Below are positions 38,500 to 47,501 of a stretch of DNA of 64,000 bases, in pieces; the first letter of the stretch is position 1; each line of letters starts with the position of its first letter. Source of the DNA: Candidatus Woesearchaeota archaeon. Its GTDB lineage: Archaea; Nanobdellota; Nanobdellia; Woesearchaeales; JABGUJ01. The translations under genes and the position numbers were made by a program. The stretch covers positions 226,843 through 290,842 of the forward strand of contig JABGUJ010000002.1 in assembly GCA_018646625.1 (NCBI GenBank). Reading direction: 5' to 3'. The notes under the pieces were generated by a model. That model was not told where the DNA came from and searched no databases. It worked only from the letters and a program-made list of their open reading frames with translations.

Positions 38500-38811
38500 A
38501 TGCAGAAAGCAAGAATAAAATTAGCAAGTACTAATATAGAAACAATTAATGAAGTTTGCGACTACATTAATAACATTGTCGAGAAGACTGGTGTAGACAT
38601 CAAGGGTCCCATTCCTCTTCCTACTAAAAAGTTAAAGATAACTACTCGTAAGTCTCCTTGTGGTGACGGAAAGGCTACATGGGAGAGATATGAGATGCGG
38701 ATACACAAGAGATTGATTGATCTTGGTATTGATGAGAGAGCTCTTAGGTTAATAATGAAAGTACCTATTCCTGAGGGATTGAACATCGAGATTGAGATGA
38801 TTGATAACTAA
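38500..38811 (+). CDS. rps10: 30S ribosomal protein S10 (uS10)
   Basis: [29 protein letters not shown]. Confidence 0.96.
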   Translation: MQKARIKLASTNIETINEVCDYINNIVEKTGVDIKGPIPLPTKKLKITTRKSPCGDGKATWERYEMRIHKRLIDLGIDERALRLIMKVPIPEGLNIEIEMIDN

Positions 38812-38874
38812 TTATCCTTCTTTTGACAATAAATTTATAAGGTAATTAGCTTGAGCTTTATAATATAGATAAAT

Positions 38875-38958
38875 GCTGCCGTGGCACAATCTGGTACTGC
38901 GCGGGACTGGAAATCCCGTTTCCTCCGGGATATCCCGGTTCAAATCCGGGCGGCAGCG
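38875..38958 (+). tRNA. tRNA-Ser(GGA), no encoded CCA
   Basis: Acceptor GCTGCCG/CGGCAGC plus G discriminator; anticodon arm CGGGA-CTGGAAA-TCCCG; long variable arm; T arm CCCGG-TTCAAAT-CCGGG. Confidence 0.93.
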
Positions 38959-39047
38959 TTGTAACATCAATCGAACGCCGTCTTTTGGCCACAAGTTGTG
39001 GCTAAAGACTTTTATTCGATTAAGACTCATTCTATGCTGGAGGAAAA

Positions 39048-40256
39048 ATGGAAAAAAAGCTAGATATCCATAACTACCAGAAACGTTTGGAAAATACTCT
39101 TAGATTTATTGAAAGGTCTAAGATTTCTGAGAAAAATAAGGAGCTAATAATGAGCTTCAGAGATGAACTAGTACTTCAGGGTTTAAGCCTTGCAAGGGTT
39201 GAAAGATATCTTAGCTTATCTAGAATCATTGCTGAGAAAATCAACATAGATTTTGATAAAGCTAAGATTGAAGACTTAAAAAGATTTGTCGGCGAGATAC
39301 AACAAAGAGAGGATTACTCACCCTGGACAAAACAGTTGTACAAAGTAACTTTAAGAAAATTCTACAAATGGATGAAGCAAACAGAAGAATATCCTCCGGA
39401 GGTAAGTTGGATTAAAATTAATGTTAGTAAGTCAGAGAAAAAGCTTCCTTCCGAAGGAGAATTGCTCACTGAGAACGAAGTTAGACAACTAATAAATTCA
39501 ACTAATAATTTAAGAGACAAAGCTTTAATTTCTGTGTTATATGAGAGTGGATGCAGAGTTGGAGAAATTGGCACCATGAGAATAAAGAATGTTAGTAGTG
39601 ATAAATACGGAATTCTCTTAAGTGTAAGAGGCAAAACTGGAGCAAGAAAAATAAGAATTGTGTCTTCTCTCTTTGCTCTAAACTCTTGGTTATCGGTGCA
39701 CCCTTTTAAATTCGATAATGAAAAACCATTATGGGTGCGTTTGGATGGGAAGCAACCTGGCAAACTTCTTTGCTATGATGCAATAAGGGTTATGCTCAAG
39801 AATGCTTTCAACAAAGCAGGAATAAAAAAGAAACATAACCCACATTTTTTCAGACATTCAAGAGCCACGCAAATGGCGAACCACTTAACAGAATTTCAAA
39901 TGAATCAATATTTTGGATGGGCTCAAGGATCAGATATGCCATCGACGTATGTACATCTATCTGGTCGAGAAACAGATGGCGCGATTCTTGCAATGAATGG
40001 AATTATTATTGACAAAAACAAAGATACAGAGTCTAGTAAACCTTTACTTTGTCCAAGATGTGACTACTTGAATCCTCATGGAAGAGAACATTGTATAAAA
40101 TGTGATCTCATTATTGATGAAGGTGAGAGATTAAAACAAGAGATAAAAGATAAAGATAGTTTCACAGAAGACTCAATTTGTGAGGATACTCTCACTAAAC
40201 TATTTAGAAAGCCACGATTTAGAGCACTTGTCATGAGTGAGCTTGGAAATATTTAG
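39048..40256 (+). CDS. Tyrosine recombinase/integrase with C-terminal Zn ribbon
   Basis: LYESGCRVGE (R), GKTG (K), HFFRHSRAT (HxxR), FGW, STYVH (Y); CPRC...CIKC. Confidence 0.92.
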   Translation: MEKKLDIHNYQKRLENTLRFIERSKISEKNKELIMSFRDELVLQGLSLARVERYLSLSRIIAEKINIDFDKAKIEDLKRFVGEIQQREDYSPWTKQLYKVTLRKFYKWMKQTEEYPPEVSWIKINVSKSEKKLPSEGELLTENEVRQLINSTNNLRDKALISVLYESGCRVGEIGTMRIKNVSSDKYGILLSVRGKTGARKIRIVSSLFALNSWLSVHPFKFDNEKPLWVRLDGKQPGKLLCYDAIRVMLKNAFNKAGIKKKHNPHFFRHSRATQMANHLTEFQMNQYFGWAQGSDMPSTYVHLSGRETDGAILAMNGIIIDKNKDTESSKPLLCPRCDYLNPHGREHCIKCDLIIDEGERLKQEIKDKDSFTEDSICEDTLTKLFRKPRFRALVMSELGNI

Positions 40257-40305
40257 AATCTCTTTATTTTTTTCTTTTATTAACTCTAAGAGAATAACTT
40301 TCCAC

Positions 40306-40500
40306 TCAGGTTTTTTTGTTTCCATTTTTCATCTCTCGGTATATTTTTATCAACATGTCTTCAATGAATGAGTTTTCATGAATCAAACGAGTACGAACAT
40401 ATTCAGGTATTGATCTAAAACCACGATCATTGGATTGTTGCTTTAATCTTGCCATCTCATCTTTTGTAAGAGGAATTTTTTGTCTATGATTTCGCACCAT
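40306..40500 (-). CDS. Small ribbon-helix-helix-like DNA-binding protein
   Basis: KIPLTKDEMARLKQQS...SIPEYVR pattern; divergent from the pilin operon. Confidence 0.55.
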   Translation of the reverse strand: MVRNHRQKIPLTKDEMARLKQQSNDRGFRSIPEYVRTRLIHENSFIEDMLIKIYREMKNGNKKT

Positions 40501-40616
40501 GACTTAGTTTATACTTTGTGAAGTTATAAATTAATCTGGTAAGGAAATCTGACCTAAAATCTGACCCAAAACCTTACCAGACGTGCTTATTAATTATAAC
40601 GACGTTAGTATATTCT

Positions 40617-40760
40617 ATGAAAACAATACGACTTGAGGACGTGGATTATGATCACATCCCTGCGCTTAATACGAACGTAGGAATTGGTGGGCTAATTTTT
40701 GTTCCATTGGAATGGCAGAAAAAAAGAGTTCTTGTATTATTAATGGAGGACATACAATGA
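40617..40760 (+). CDS. 47-aa DUF2080-like small protein
   Basis: MKTIRLEDVDYDHIPALNTNVGIGGLIFVPLEWQKKRVLVLLMEDIQ; ATGA overlap with the next gene. Confidence 0.5.
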   Translation: MKTIRLEDVDYDHIPALNTNVGIGGLIFVPLEWQKKRVLVLLMEDIQ

Positions 40761-40915
40761 TTGCACTACAAAAAACAACAAACATTCGACTTAAGTCGAG
40801 GGAGGAAGTTGAGCAGTTATACTCTTCTAAAAAGAGCGGCTGCTTTGAGCTTCCTCTTTTCTTTAACAATGTGTTCAAAGAAAACTTTGGACGTGTTGAA
40901 TATGATTTAGATTAA
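40757..40915 (+). CDS. 52-aa hypothetical protein
   Basis: GGAGG SD and ATGA coupling to the upstream ORF. Confidence 0.5.
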   Translation: MIALQKTTNIRLKSREEVEQLYSSKKSGCFELPLFFNNVFKENFGRVEYDLD

Positions 40916-40928
40916 AGAGGTGGTTTCA

Positions 40929-41249
40929 ATGAAATTGGTATGGATATTGTTTCTGTTGTTGCTTATGCCGATAGTATTTGCAGACACAGCAGACCTTGAT
41001 GGAAGCTTGAGTTCAGAAGACAAGGCAAAGTTTGATCAGATTCTAGAACCGGTGATGAAAATTTATAATTTTGTGAAGTATATTTCGTCAGTGGTTGCTG
41101 CAATATTTTTGCTCTATGCAGGAATTACATACATGACTTCTGGTGGCGATCCTAAACAAAGAGATCAAGCAAAGAGTATTGCAGGATATGTTGTTATTGG
41201 ATTAATGATCATCTGGGCTGCACCAATAATTGTAGGAGTGTTAGTATGA
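40929..41249 (+). CDS. TrbC/VirB2-like conjugative pilin
   Basis: Signal peptide, two hydrophobic helices separated by AGITYMTSGGDPKQRDQAK. Confidence 0.75.
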   Translation: MKLVWILFLLLLMPIVFADTADLDGSLSSEDKAKFDQILEPVMKIYNFVKYISSVVAAIFLLYAGITYMTSGGDPKQRDQAKSIAGYVVIGLMIIWAAPIIVGVLV

Positions 41250-42565
41250 AATTAGCAATTATATTTTTGTTGTTGATTCCATTTAGTTTTGCGATTGAGT
41301 GTTCTCAGTTTCCCAACCCTTCTGAGTGCGATGATGTGATGTCAAGCAGTTTGGATTTGTCTGAACAACAATATCTTCTTTCGTCTCTTCTAGCAAATTC
41401 TCAAAATAAACCACCCTGCAGTTTTGTAAGAGACTGGAACCTTGCTCTTGACACATCAATACCGCCTGAAGGGGTGGAGAAACGCTCTAAAGGTCAAATT
41501 CGCAATGCTTGGGTTAAACTATTTACAGTGATGCCTTCTGTTAAGGAAGAAAAGTTGTTGATAGGTTCTAATGGTTCAATGCTTGTTGGATTTGGTTATG
41601 ATTTCCAAATGCCTTATGGAAGATTGAATGGTGATTGTAGAACAGATTACAATTATCTAGGTAACAGTGTTGCAATTGATGGTTATGTTAATGATGAGTA
41701 TGTTGGTTCTGGAAGAGTAATTGATTATGAAACTTCTATTGATTCTTCATTTAAAGTTGTTTACAAAGTTAAAGAAAAGTATCTTGTTAGCCATCATAAG
41801 TATTATTGGCACTGTTGTAGATGGAAAAGAGGTCACTGTAAAAGCTGGTGCAGGAAATGTGGTTTCAAATATGCTGATGAAATTCATGAAAGTTTGAGTG
41901 TTAGTGATTCGCTTTTTGGTTATTTTTCAGATTATGCCCTTGATGCTTCCTTTGTTGCTATTGATTCTTATCTTGGAAATACAAAAGGTGTTCTAAATAG
42001 CACTAATTACTCTCGACTTAGTTTACTATTAGATTCTGGTAATTTATCTTTTCATAATTATGAATACTCTGTCGTTTGGGATAACAGCAGCGTATTGACT
42101 ATCAAGGCTCGTTCTGTTCCTACTGTTTCTTCAGTTGGAATTGTTAGGAATAATGAAACTATAATGTTTGAAGATAGCTCTAAGTGTTCTATATTTATGT
42201 CAAATCATTTCTCTAATATGAATTTTGATTGTAATTTTACTTTTGATCAGGTTGTACCTTTGATTAAATTAGATAAAGATACTTTTGATGTTGGTGAGAC
42301 TATTTCTGTTAGGTTGGAACCTTCTGACATTGATTTTAATGTTAGTTATGGAAATACTTCTCGTTATGTTCATGATTCAACTTCTTTTGTTGCTACGAAT
42401 ATTGCTAACAGAATAGTTCTTCGTTATAATGATCGTGAGTATGATCAGTTAATTATTGTAAAAAATAAAGACAAATCAATGTTTATGTTATCACTTTCAG
42501 TTTTTGGCACTGTGAATTATGTTATTATAGAATTACTGAAAAGGTATTTCGGTATGCATCTCTAG
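41246..42565 (+). CDS. Secreted, C-terminally anchored hypothetical protein
   Basis: Signal peptide, Cys cluster HCCRWKRGHCKSWCRKC, C-terminal TM; 4-bp overlap with the pilin gene. Confidence 0.7.
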   Translation: MKLAIIFLLLIPFSFAIECSQFPNPSECDDVMSSSLDLSEQQYLLSSLLANSQNKPPCSFVRDWNLALDTSIPPEGVEKRSKGQIRNAWVKLFTVMPSVKEEKLLIGSNGSMLVGFGYDFQMPYGRLNGDCRTDYNYLGNSVAIDGYVNDEYVGSGRVIDYETSIDSSFKVVYKVKEKYLVSHHKYYWHCCRWKRGHCKSWCRKCGFKYADEIHESLSVSDSLFGYFSDYALDASFVAIDSYLGNTKGVLNSTNYSRLSLLLDSGNLSFHNYEYSVVWDNSSVLTIKARSVPTVSSVGIVRNNETIMFEDSSKCSIFMSNHFSNMNFDCNFTFDQVVPLIKLDKDTFDVGETISVRLEPSDIDFNVSYGNTSRYVHDSTSFVATNIANRIVLRYNDREYDQLIIVKNKDKSMFMLSLSVFGTVNYVIIELLKRYFGMHL

Positions 42566-42614
42566 GCGGCAACTAAGGAATGTGGTACGTTTGGCGTAAC
42601 AGAGCCCAATGACT

Positions 42615-44117
42615 TCATTTATCTTTCATGTGCTCTTTAATATATTCGTGAAAGTCTTTATCTTTCATGTTGAGCTGTCTTTTTAACTCTTTAATTCCCA
42701 ATTCCCAATCTCCTCTATCTAATTTAGAGTGCCTAAAAACACGATACTTTTTATTGTGTTTTTCCTTAGGAAGTTCGATGAGATTCCACAATTCATTGTT
42801 TAGATGATCATTATCTATATGATGGATCTCATAACCTTTTTTTAATCCCAATTTTTTATAGTATATGTGTCTATGTAAAAAGTACTTATTGCCATTCTTA
42901 AATTCAATCATCAAATAATCCGAGTGATGATCATAATATACTTCAGTGGAGCCCCCCCCATATAATAGTTCATATTTCTTCGTCTGTTTAATTATATATG
43001 CTTCACGACTTTTTCCCTTTGCAATTTTAATTGTTTCTTCGGCTTCAGATATTTCCTTAGACGCATTATTTCTTAATCTTCTGTAATCATCACATTCTTT
43101 TGTCAATCGGTTAATTTCTTTTTCAAATAACTCTCTAGCATGACCCTTTGCTTTTTTTGCATTATGTTCTAAGTCTTTTATCTTGTTCCTTAGATACTTT
43201 TCTTTCTTGGTATATTTATTTATTTTCTTATGGATATTTTCTATATTTTTTTCCAATCCTTTCAGTTTTGATATGGCGTTCTCAAGCTTGCACTCTTCTT
43301 TTCTTCTTCTATAAAAACAAAAAAACCAAATACAAAAAGAACAAATAATTACGCTCATCACTGCTAGTGTAACTCTATTTTTTAGTTTGACCTCTTGTTT
43401 ACGATCTAATGTATCAGTACTGTCTAAACAAGTTTCGTTATTATATCTATCAGATTTGCATTCCCAGGAGCAAGTGTAACTCTCACTCACATTCTTTGAA
43501 GCTGGTTCTAAACATAGAATATCATTACAATTTATTGTTCCGTTAGAACATTCAACAACCTTCTGATGATCGCAGAATCCTGCAATGTTACATATTCCTG
43601 AACCACATCTTGAGTCATCATATAGCGGATTACAAGGTGAATGGTCACTCAAACATTCTTTGTTGCTACACGTTTTACAGACAGTCTTATTCACAGGCAC
43701 TTCAAGAACCTTAGGGAACATGACGCTTGGTCTTGCAACATAGTATTCTACACTTTCAGGAACAATTGTACAATTTCCAAATTGAACACCATCAAAACAA
43801 ACTTCTTTCATCATAGAATAAGATTCGGCTTCAATTCTTAAAGCAAATTCTCTTTTTCCTGCAGTGTTTCCTTCAACAACATAACTAAAAAATGCGGTGA
43901 CGTTATATCTATTAGGATTATAAACACTGAAAGTGCTTCTATTTCCTTCGGTAAAATCAGAAATGACTAATGTGTCACCTCCTATTTTATCTTTGTTAAG
44001 AATAGAAAGCATTTCCTTCGATTGAATAACTGTTATTTCTTCAGTATATTGACAATCAAGAGCATAGGAAGATAGAGATAACATTAAAAATAAAACTAGT
44101 AATATATATTTTTTCAT
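42615..44117 (-). CDS. Single-pass membrane protein: extracellular Cys-rich domain, TM, coiled coil, C-terminal HNH domain
   Basis: Signal MKKYILLVLFLMLSLSSYA; Cys-rich region; TM VTLAVMSVIICSFCIWFFCFY-RRRK; LHRHIY..EIHHIDNDHLNNELWNLIELPKEKH. Confidence 0.75.
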   Translation of the reverse strand: MKKYILLVLFLMLSLSSYALDCQYTEEITVIQSKEMLSILNKDKIGGDTLVISDFTEGNRSTFSVYNPNRYNVTAFFSYVVEGNTAGKREFALRIEAESYSMMKEVCFDGVQFGNCTIVPESVEYYVARPSVMFPKVLEVPVNKTVCKTCSNKECLSDHSPCNPLYDDSRCGSGICNIAGFCDHQKVVECSNGTINCNDILCLEPASKNVSESYTCSWECKSDRYNNETCLDSTDTLDRKQEVKLKNRVTLAVMSVIICSFCIWFFCFYRRRKEECKLENAISKLKGLEKNIENIHKKINKYTKKEKYLRNKIKDLEHNAKKAKGHARELFEKEINRLTKECDDYRRLRNNASKEISEAEETIKIAKGKSREAYIIKQTKKYELLYGGGSTEVYYDHHSDYLMIEFKNGNKYFLHRHIYYKKLGLKKGYEIHHIDNDHLNNELWNLIELPKEKHNKKYRVFRHSKLDRGDWELGIKELKRQLNMKDKDFHEYIKEHMKDK

Positions 44118-44138
44118 TTTAATCTCTAATTTTTTAAT

Positions 44139-44543
44139 TTAAATATTAGTATCATATTTTTCCCATTGGCCTTTTACTTTAACTGTATATCCTTGACCTT
44201 TAGGTCCGTAATCTCTTATGAAACTTAAAATAAAATACTCCATCCACTTATACATAGGCAATACTCCTTGTATTTCCAGAACATATTCGTATTCATTGAT
44301 TTCAGTCATATCATGAACATCTGCACTTATTGTAAATTTGGATTTTCTTTCATGGTAATAATCATAAAAATTTTCTGGAGGAGATTTATTTTTTGGAAAT
44401 CTTATCAATAATTGAGCAATTGCAGGATTATTTGTATTGACTTGCTTTCTTCTAAGTACAACGCTCTCTTTTTCTTGTTCTAAGGCAACTAATCGGCTTT
44501 CCGGGAGTTTCATACTGCCATCTTCATTAAATTGAATTTTCAT
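44139..44543 (-). CDS. Hypothetical protein (134 aa)
   Basis: ATG lies 1 bp after the stop of the small HNH gene. Confidence 0.6.
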   Translation of the reverse strand: MKIQFNEDGSMKLPESRLVALEQEKESVVLRRKQVNTNNPAIAQLLIRFPKNKSPPENFYDYYHERKSKFTISADVHDMTEINEYEYVLEIQGVLPMYKWMEYFILSFIRDYGPKGQGYTVKVKGQWEKYDTNI

Positions 44544-44544
44544 T

Positions 44545-44754
44545 TTACCAAAATGACCTTTTCTTTCTTGCATGAAGACTTGAGTGTGCACTTCTGCTCA
44601 TGTTTGTTAAGTTTGATTTTCTGAAGTTACTCTTGTCTCCATCAACGTGATGTGTTACTTGGTCACCTCTTGGCCTTGCAACCGTACGGTGTACCAACTT
44701 ATCACTATCGCTCCATCTTGGATATCCTTTTCTATCTTTGTAAAAACTACTCAT
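44545..44754 (-). CDS. Minimal HNH endonuclease-domain protein (69 aa)
   Basis: KGYPR...VHRTVA...VTHHVDGDKSNFRKSNLTNMSRSAHSSLH. Confidence 0.75.
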   Translation of the reverse strand: MSSFYKDRKGYPRWSDSDKLVHRTVARPRGDQVTHHVDGDKSNFRKSNLTNMSRSAHSSLHARKKRSFW

Positions 44755-44759
44755 TTTTC

Positions 44760-45110
44760 TTACCTCCTACCACGTCTCACACTTGTTTTTGGTTTTGCTC
44801 TTGCTCTTTTCTTTTGAACTCTTACATTGCCTTTTTCACCACGTCCTTTACCTCTTGACTTTACTGTTCTAGCTCTTGCTAAACTTACTCCAATTCCTTT
44901 TGGATCTTGTTTAATCATCTCAGCAATCTTGTCAATCTCGGAAGGATCTGGTCTCTTATGGCCAAGTTCATCCAATGCAGTATCCATTATTTTTGTGATA
45001 GAAAGACCATGGTCATTAATGAATTTAAGCTGACTAGGGTATAATCTTAAATTTGCCCTACAGCTCCTTCTTTCCCTTCTTTGCATATCTTTCAAATCTT
45101 CTAGTTTCAT
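44760..45110 (-). CDS. Hypothetical DNA-binding protein (RHH-like core, Arg/Lys-rich tail)
   Basis: RANLRLYPSQLKFINDHGLSITKIMDTALDEL; basic C-terminus; GAGGG SD before MKLED. Confidence 0.55.
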   Translation of the reverse strand: MKLEDLKDMQRRERRSCRANLRLYPSQLKFINDHGLSITKIMDTALDELGHKRPDPSEIDKIAEMIKQDPKGIGVSLARARTVKSRGKGRGEKGNVRVQKKRARAKPKTSVRRGRR

Positions 45111-45220
45111 GTTGGCCCTCTTTCTTGAGTCATGTTGTACGTACAACCGTATTAATATTTAAACTTTTCGGAGTTAGTGTGGGAATTTACACATCAAAAA
45201 CAATTATAGAGGTGATTTCT

Positions 45221-46030
45221 ATGTCAGAATGCGGTTTAACCAACCTAGCTTCCTGTCTTCCAGAGAGGTTTTTTGAGTATATTGTATACATAATCAACGC
45301 ACCGATCCAAGCCCTTCTAAATCTGTTTAAACAACTATTAACACAACCAGCCAATATTGAGATGTTCTACTCAGTCTGGGCAATTATTGTGTATATGATA
45401 TCTTTGTTTTACGGATTATTTTTTCTTTATGCAGGATTTCAGTTTATGATTTCCGGATATGATGCAGCAAAAAGAGAGAATGCAAAAGAACAAACTACAT
45501 TATCTGAAGATGACGAAGAGTATTATATCAGAGGTAGAATAATAACAGATCTCAGTCTTGATCAATATAAATCACCCCTAAATATAACTTTGTTGAGTCA
45601 TGCTCCTGAAAGAAATTTCGTAGAACTGTTGGTTAATGAGTATAGCAAATTTATTGATGGGTGGATTAAATCAAAAGATAAAGGGTTCTATTCAGTTCCA
45701 TACATTCACAGACCTGGAACGCACTCATTACAAAAAGATTTCAATCCAGATTTCTTTTTTAAGAAAGGAGATAGAATTATTGTAGTGGAAATAAAATCTG
45801 AAGATGATTCTACAATTAAAAATAAAGATAAACTTGAGGGCGCAACAACCTATTTTAATAAATTAAATGAAATATTAGGGGGCAAGTCATTCTATGACTT
45901 CCATTTTTTAGATCCTAGAGATTACAAACAATTCTTTGAGAATAAATTCAAAAAGAATCTTGCATTCAAAGGATCTTTACATGCTGATTTGGAGACTAAA
46001 TCAAGAGAAGAATTAAAGGAGGGGAGATAA
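45221..46030 (+). pseudogene. In-frame chimera: N-terminus of a conjugation (VirB6/TrbL-like) membrane protein joined to the C-terminal PD-(D/E)XK nuclease domain of a type III restriction Res subunit
   Basis: GAGGTGA SD; hydrophobic N-terminus ending AGFQFMISGYDAAKRENAKE; abrupt switch at ~45490 to a soluble domain with FNPDFFF..VVEIK. Confidence 0.6.
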
Positions 46031-46031
46031 A

Positions 46032-47468
46032 ATTCCACTTCTAACCAAATCTAAGTACATGAACGGCCTCCAGTGTCCTAGACTTCTATGGTTTGCCAAT
46101 AAAAAACAGCTACCGGAAATCAGTCTTTTTGATGAACATAAATTCAGCCAAGGACATGATTTTGAAGAGCATGTAAAAAAGTTACATCCTAATAGTGTAG
46201 ACCTTAACGGACTAGGATTTAAAGAAAATCTTGATAAAACAAAAGAAGCAATAGAACAGAATCAAACTATTTTTGAAGCTGGTTTTATGACCAATAATTT
46301 ATTTGTCAGATCTGATTTAATCATTCCAACAGATAATGGTTGGGATTTATACGAAATCAAATCTACGACCAAATCAAAACCTCAACATATTCCTGATCTG
46401 GCATTTCAAAAATATGTATTAGAGAAAGCCGGTCTAAAAGTCAATAAATCTTTTCTCATTCACCTAAATAATGAATATATTAAAAATGGAGAAATTAATC
46501 CCGAAAAACTCACAATTCAAGAAGAAGTTACTGACCAAGTAAATACTATAACAGATATTGAAGAACACATTCCTAAGTTTAGAGAAATAATGGATCTACC
46601 AGAGTATAACGAGATGCCAATCTCTCAAATGTGCAATAAACCCTACGAGTGTCCTTTAAAGAAAAAGTGCTGGGGAACATTACCAGAAAATAATGTATTA
46701 CAACTTACAAACTGGAGAGTGTATTGGAAACTGTTAGGTGAAGGTATTGAAGATATTAAAGATATTCCAGAAGGAACAGATCTTAAACCAAGGGATGAAA
46801 TAATAATAGAATCATTAGAACATAATCCATACATATCAAAAGAACACATTAAACACTTTCTCTTGTCATTACATTATCCATTATATCATTTTGATTTTGA
46901 AACGTTTGATACAGCCGTTCCAATTTATGATAAATCAAGACCTTATCAGAAAATGCCTTTTCAATATTCATTACATATAGAGCAAGAGGATGGTTCTACT
47001 CAACACAAAGAGTTCCTATCAGAAGGAGGAGATCCAAGACCAGCACTACTTAAACAAATGAAAGGTGATTTAGAAGGAACAGGAGATATCATTGTTTACA
47101 ATAAATCATTTGAAATAAGTGTTATGAAGAAATTAGCAGAAGATTTTCCAGAACATAATGATTGGTTACAAGATGCAATTACTAGAATTGTTGATCTAGC
47201 TGATCCGTTTAGAGCATTTTATTACTATAACAATTCTCAAAAAGGTTCCTACTCAATTAAAAAAGTTCTTCCAGCAGTAACAGGCAAAAGTTATTCTGAA
47301 CTTGAGATTAATAACGGCGCAGATGCTAGTATGCTGTATTTTTATAGTCATATAAGACCTAAATTAGACAATAGAGAAGAAATAAGAGCTAATCTGTATA
47401 GGTATTGTGGATTGGATACTGAAGGTATGGTCTGGATTTTGGCCGAATTGAAGAAAATCACAGAATAA
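46032..47468 (+). CDS. DUF2779 protein (PD-(D/E)XK/Cas4-like N-terminal domain plus RNase H-like domain)
   Basis: LTKSKY.NGLQCPRLLW, RSDLI..YEIKST, CNKPYECP...C, FDFET, PFQYSLH, YSIKKVLP, YCGLDT; first ATG at 46059. Confidence 0.85.
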   Translation: MPLLTKSKYMNGLQCPRLLWFANKKQLPEISLFDEHKFSQGHDFEEHVKKLHPNSVDLNGLGFKENLDKTKEAIEQNQTIFEAGFMTNNLFVRSDLIIPTDNGWDLYEIKSTTKSKPQHIPDLAFQKYVLEKAGLKVNKSFLIHLNNEYIKNGEINPEKLTIQEEVTDQVNTITDIEEHIPKFREIMDLPEYNEMPISQMCNKPYECPLKKKCWGTLPENNVLQLTNWRVYWKLLGEGIEDIKDIPEGTDLKPRDEIIIESLEHNPYISKEHIKHFLLSLHYPLYHFDFETFDTAVPIYDKSRPYQKMPFQYSLHIEQEDGSTQHKEFLSEGGDPRPALLKQMKGDLEGTGDIIVYNKSFEISVMKKLAEDFPEHNDWLQDAITRIVDLADPFRAFYYYNNSQKGSYSIKKVLPAVTGKSYSELEINNGADASMLYFYSHIRPKLDNREEIRANLYRYCGLDTEGMVWILAELKKITE

Positions 47469-47501
47469 TTTAAATATCCACATCCATTGATTATACTTAA
47501 C

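Noticed and set aside
38812..39073. ORFs 38812-39030(-) and 38873-39073(+)
   Set aside because: They overlap the tRNA-Ser gene; shadow frames.
45053..45220. N-terminal extension of the 45053-46030 ORF
   Set aside because: It overlaps the opposite-strand gene; a GAGGTGA SD supports ATG 45221.
42566..45220. Transposon ends around the antisense HNH cassette
   Set aside because: No terminal inverted repeats, target-site duplication or transposase could be found by eye.
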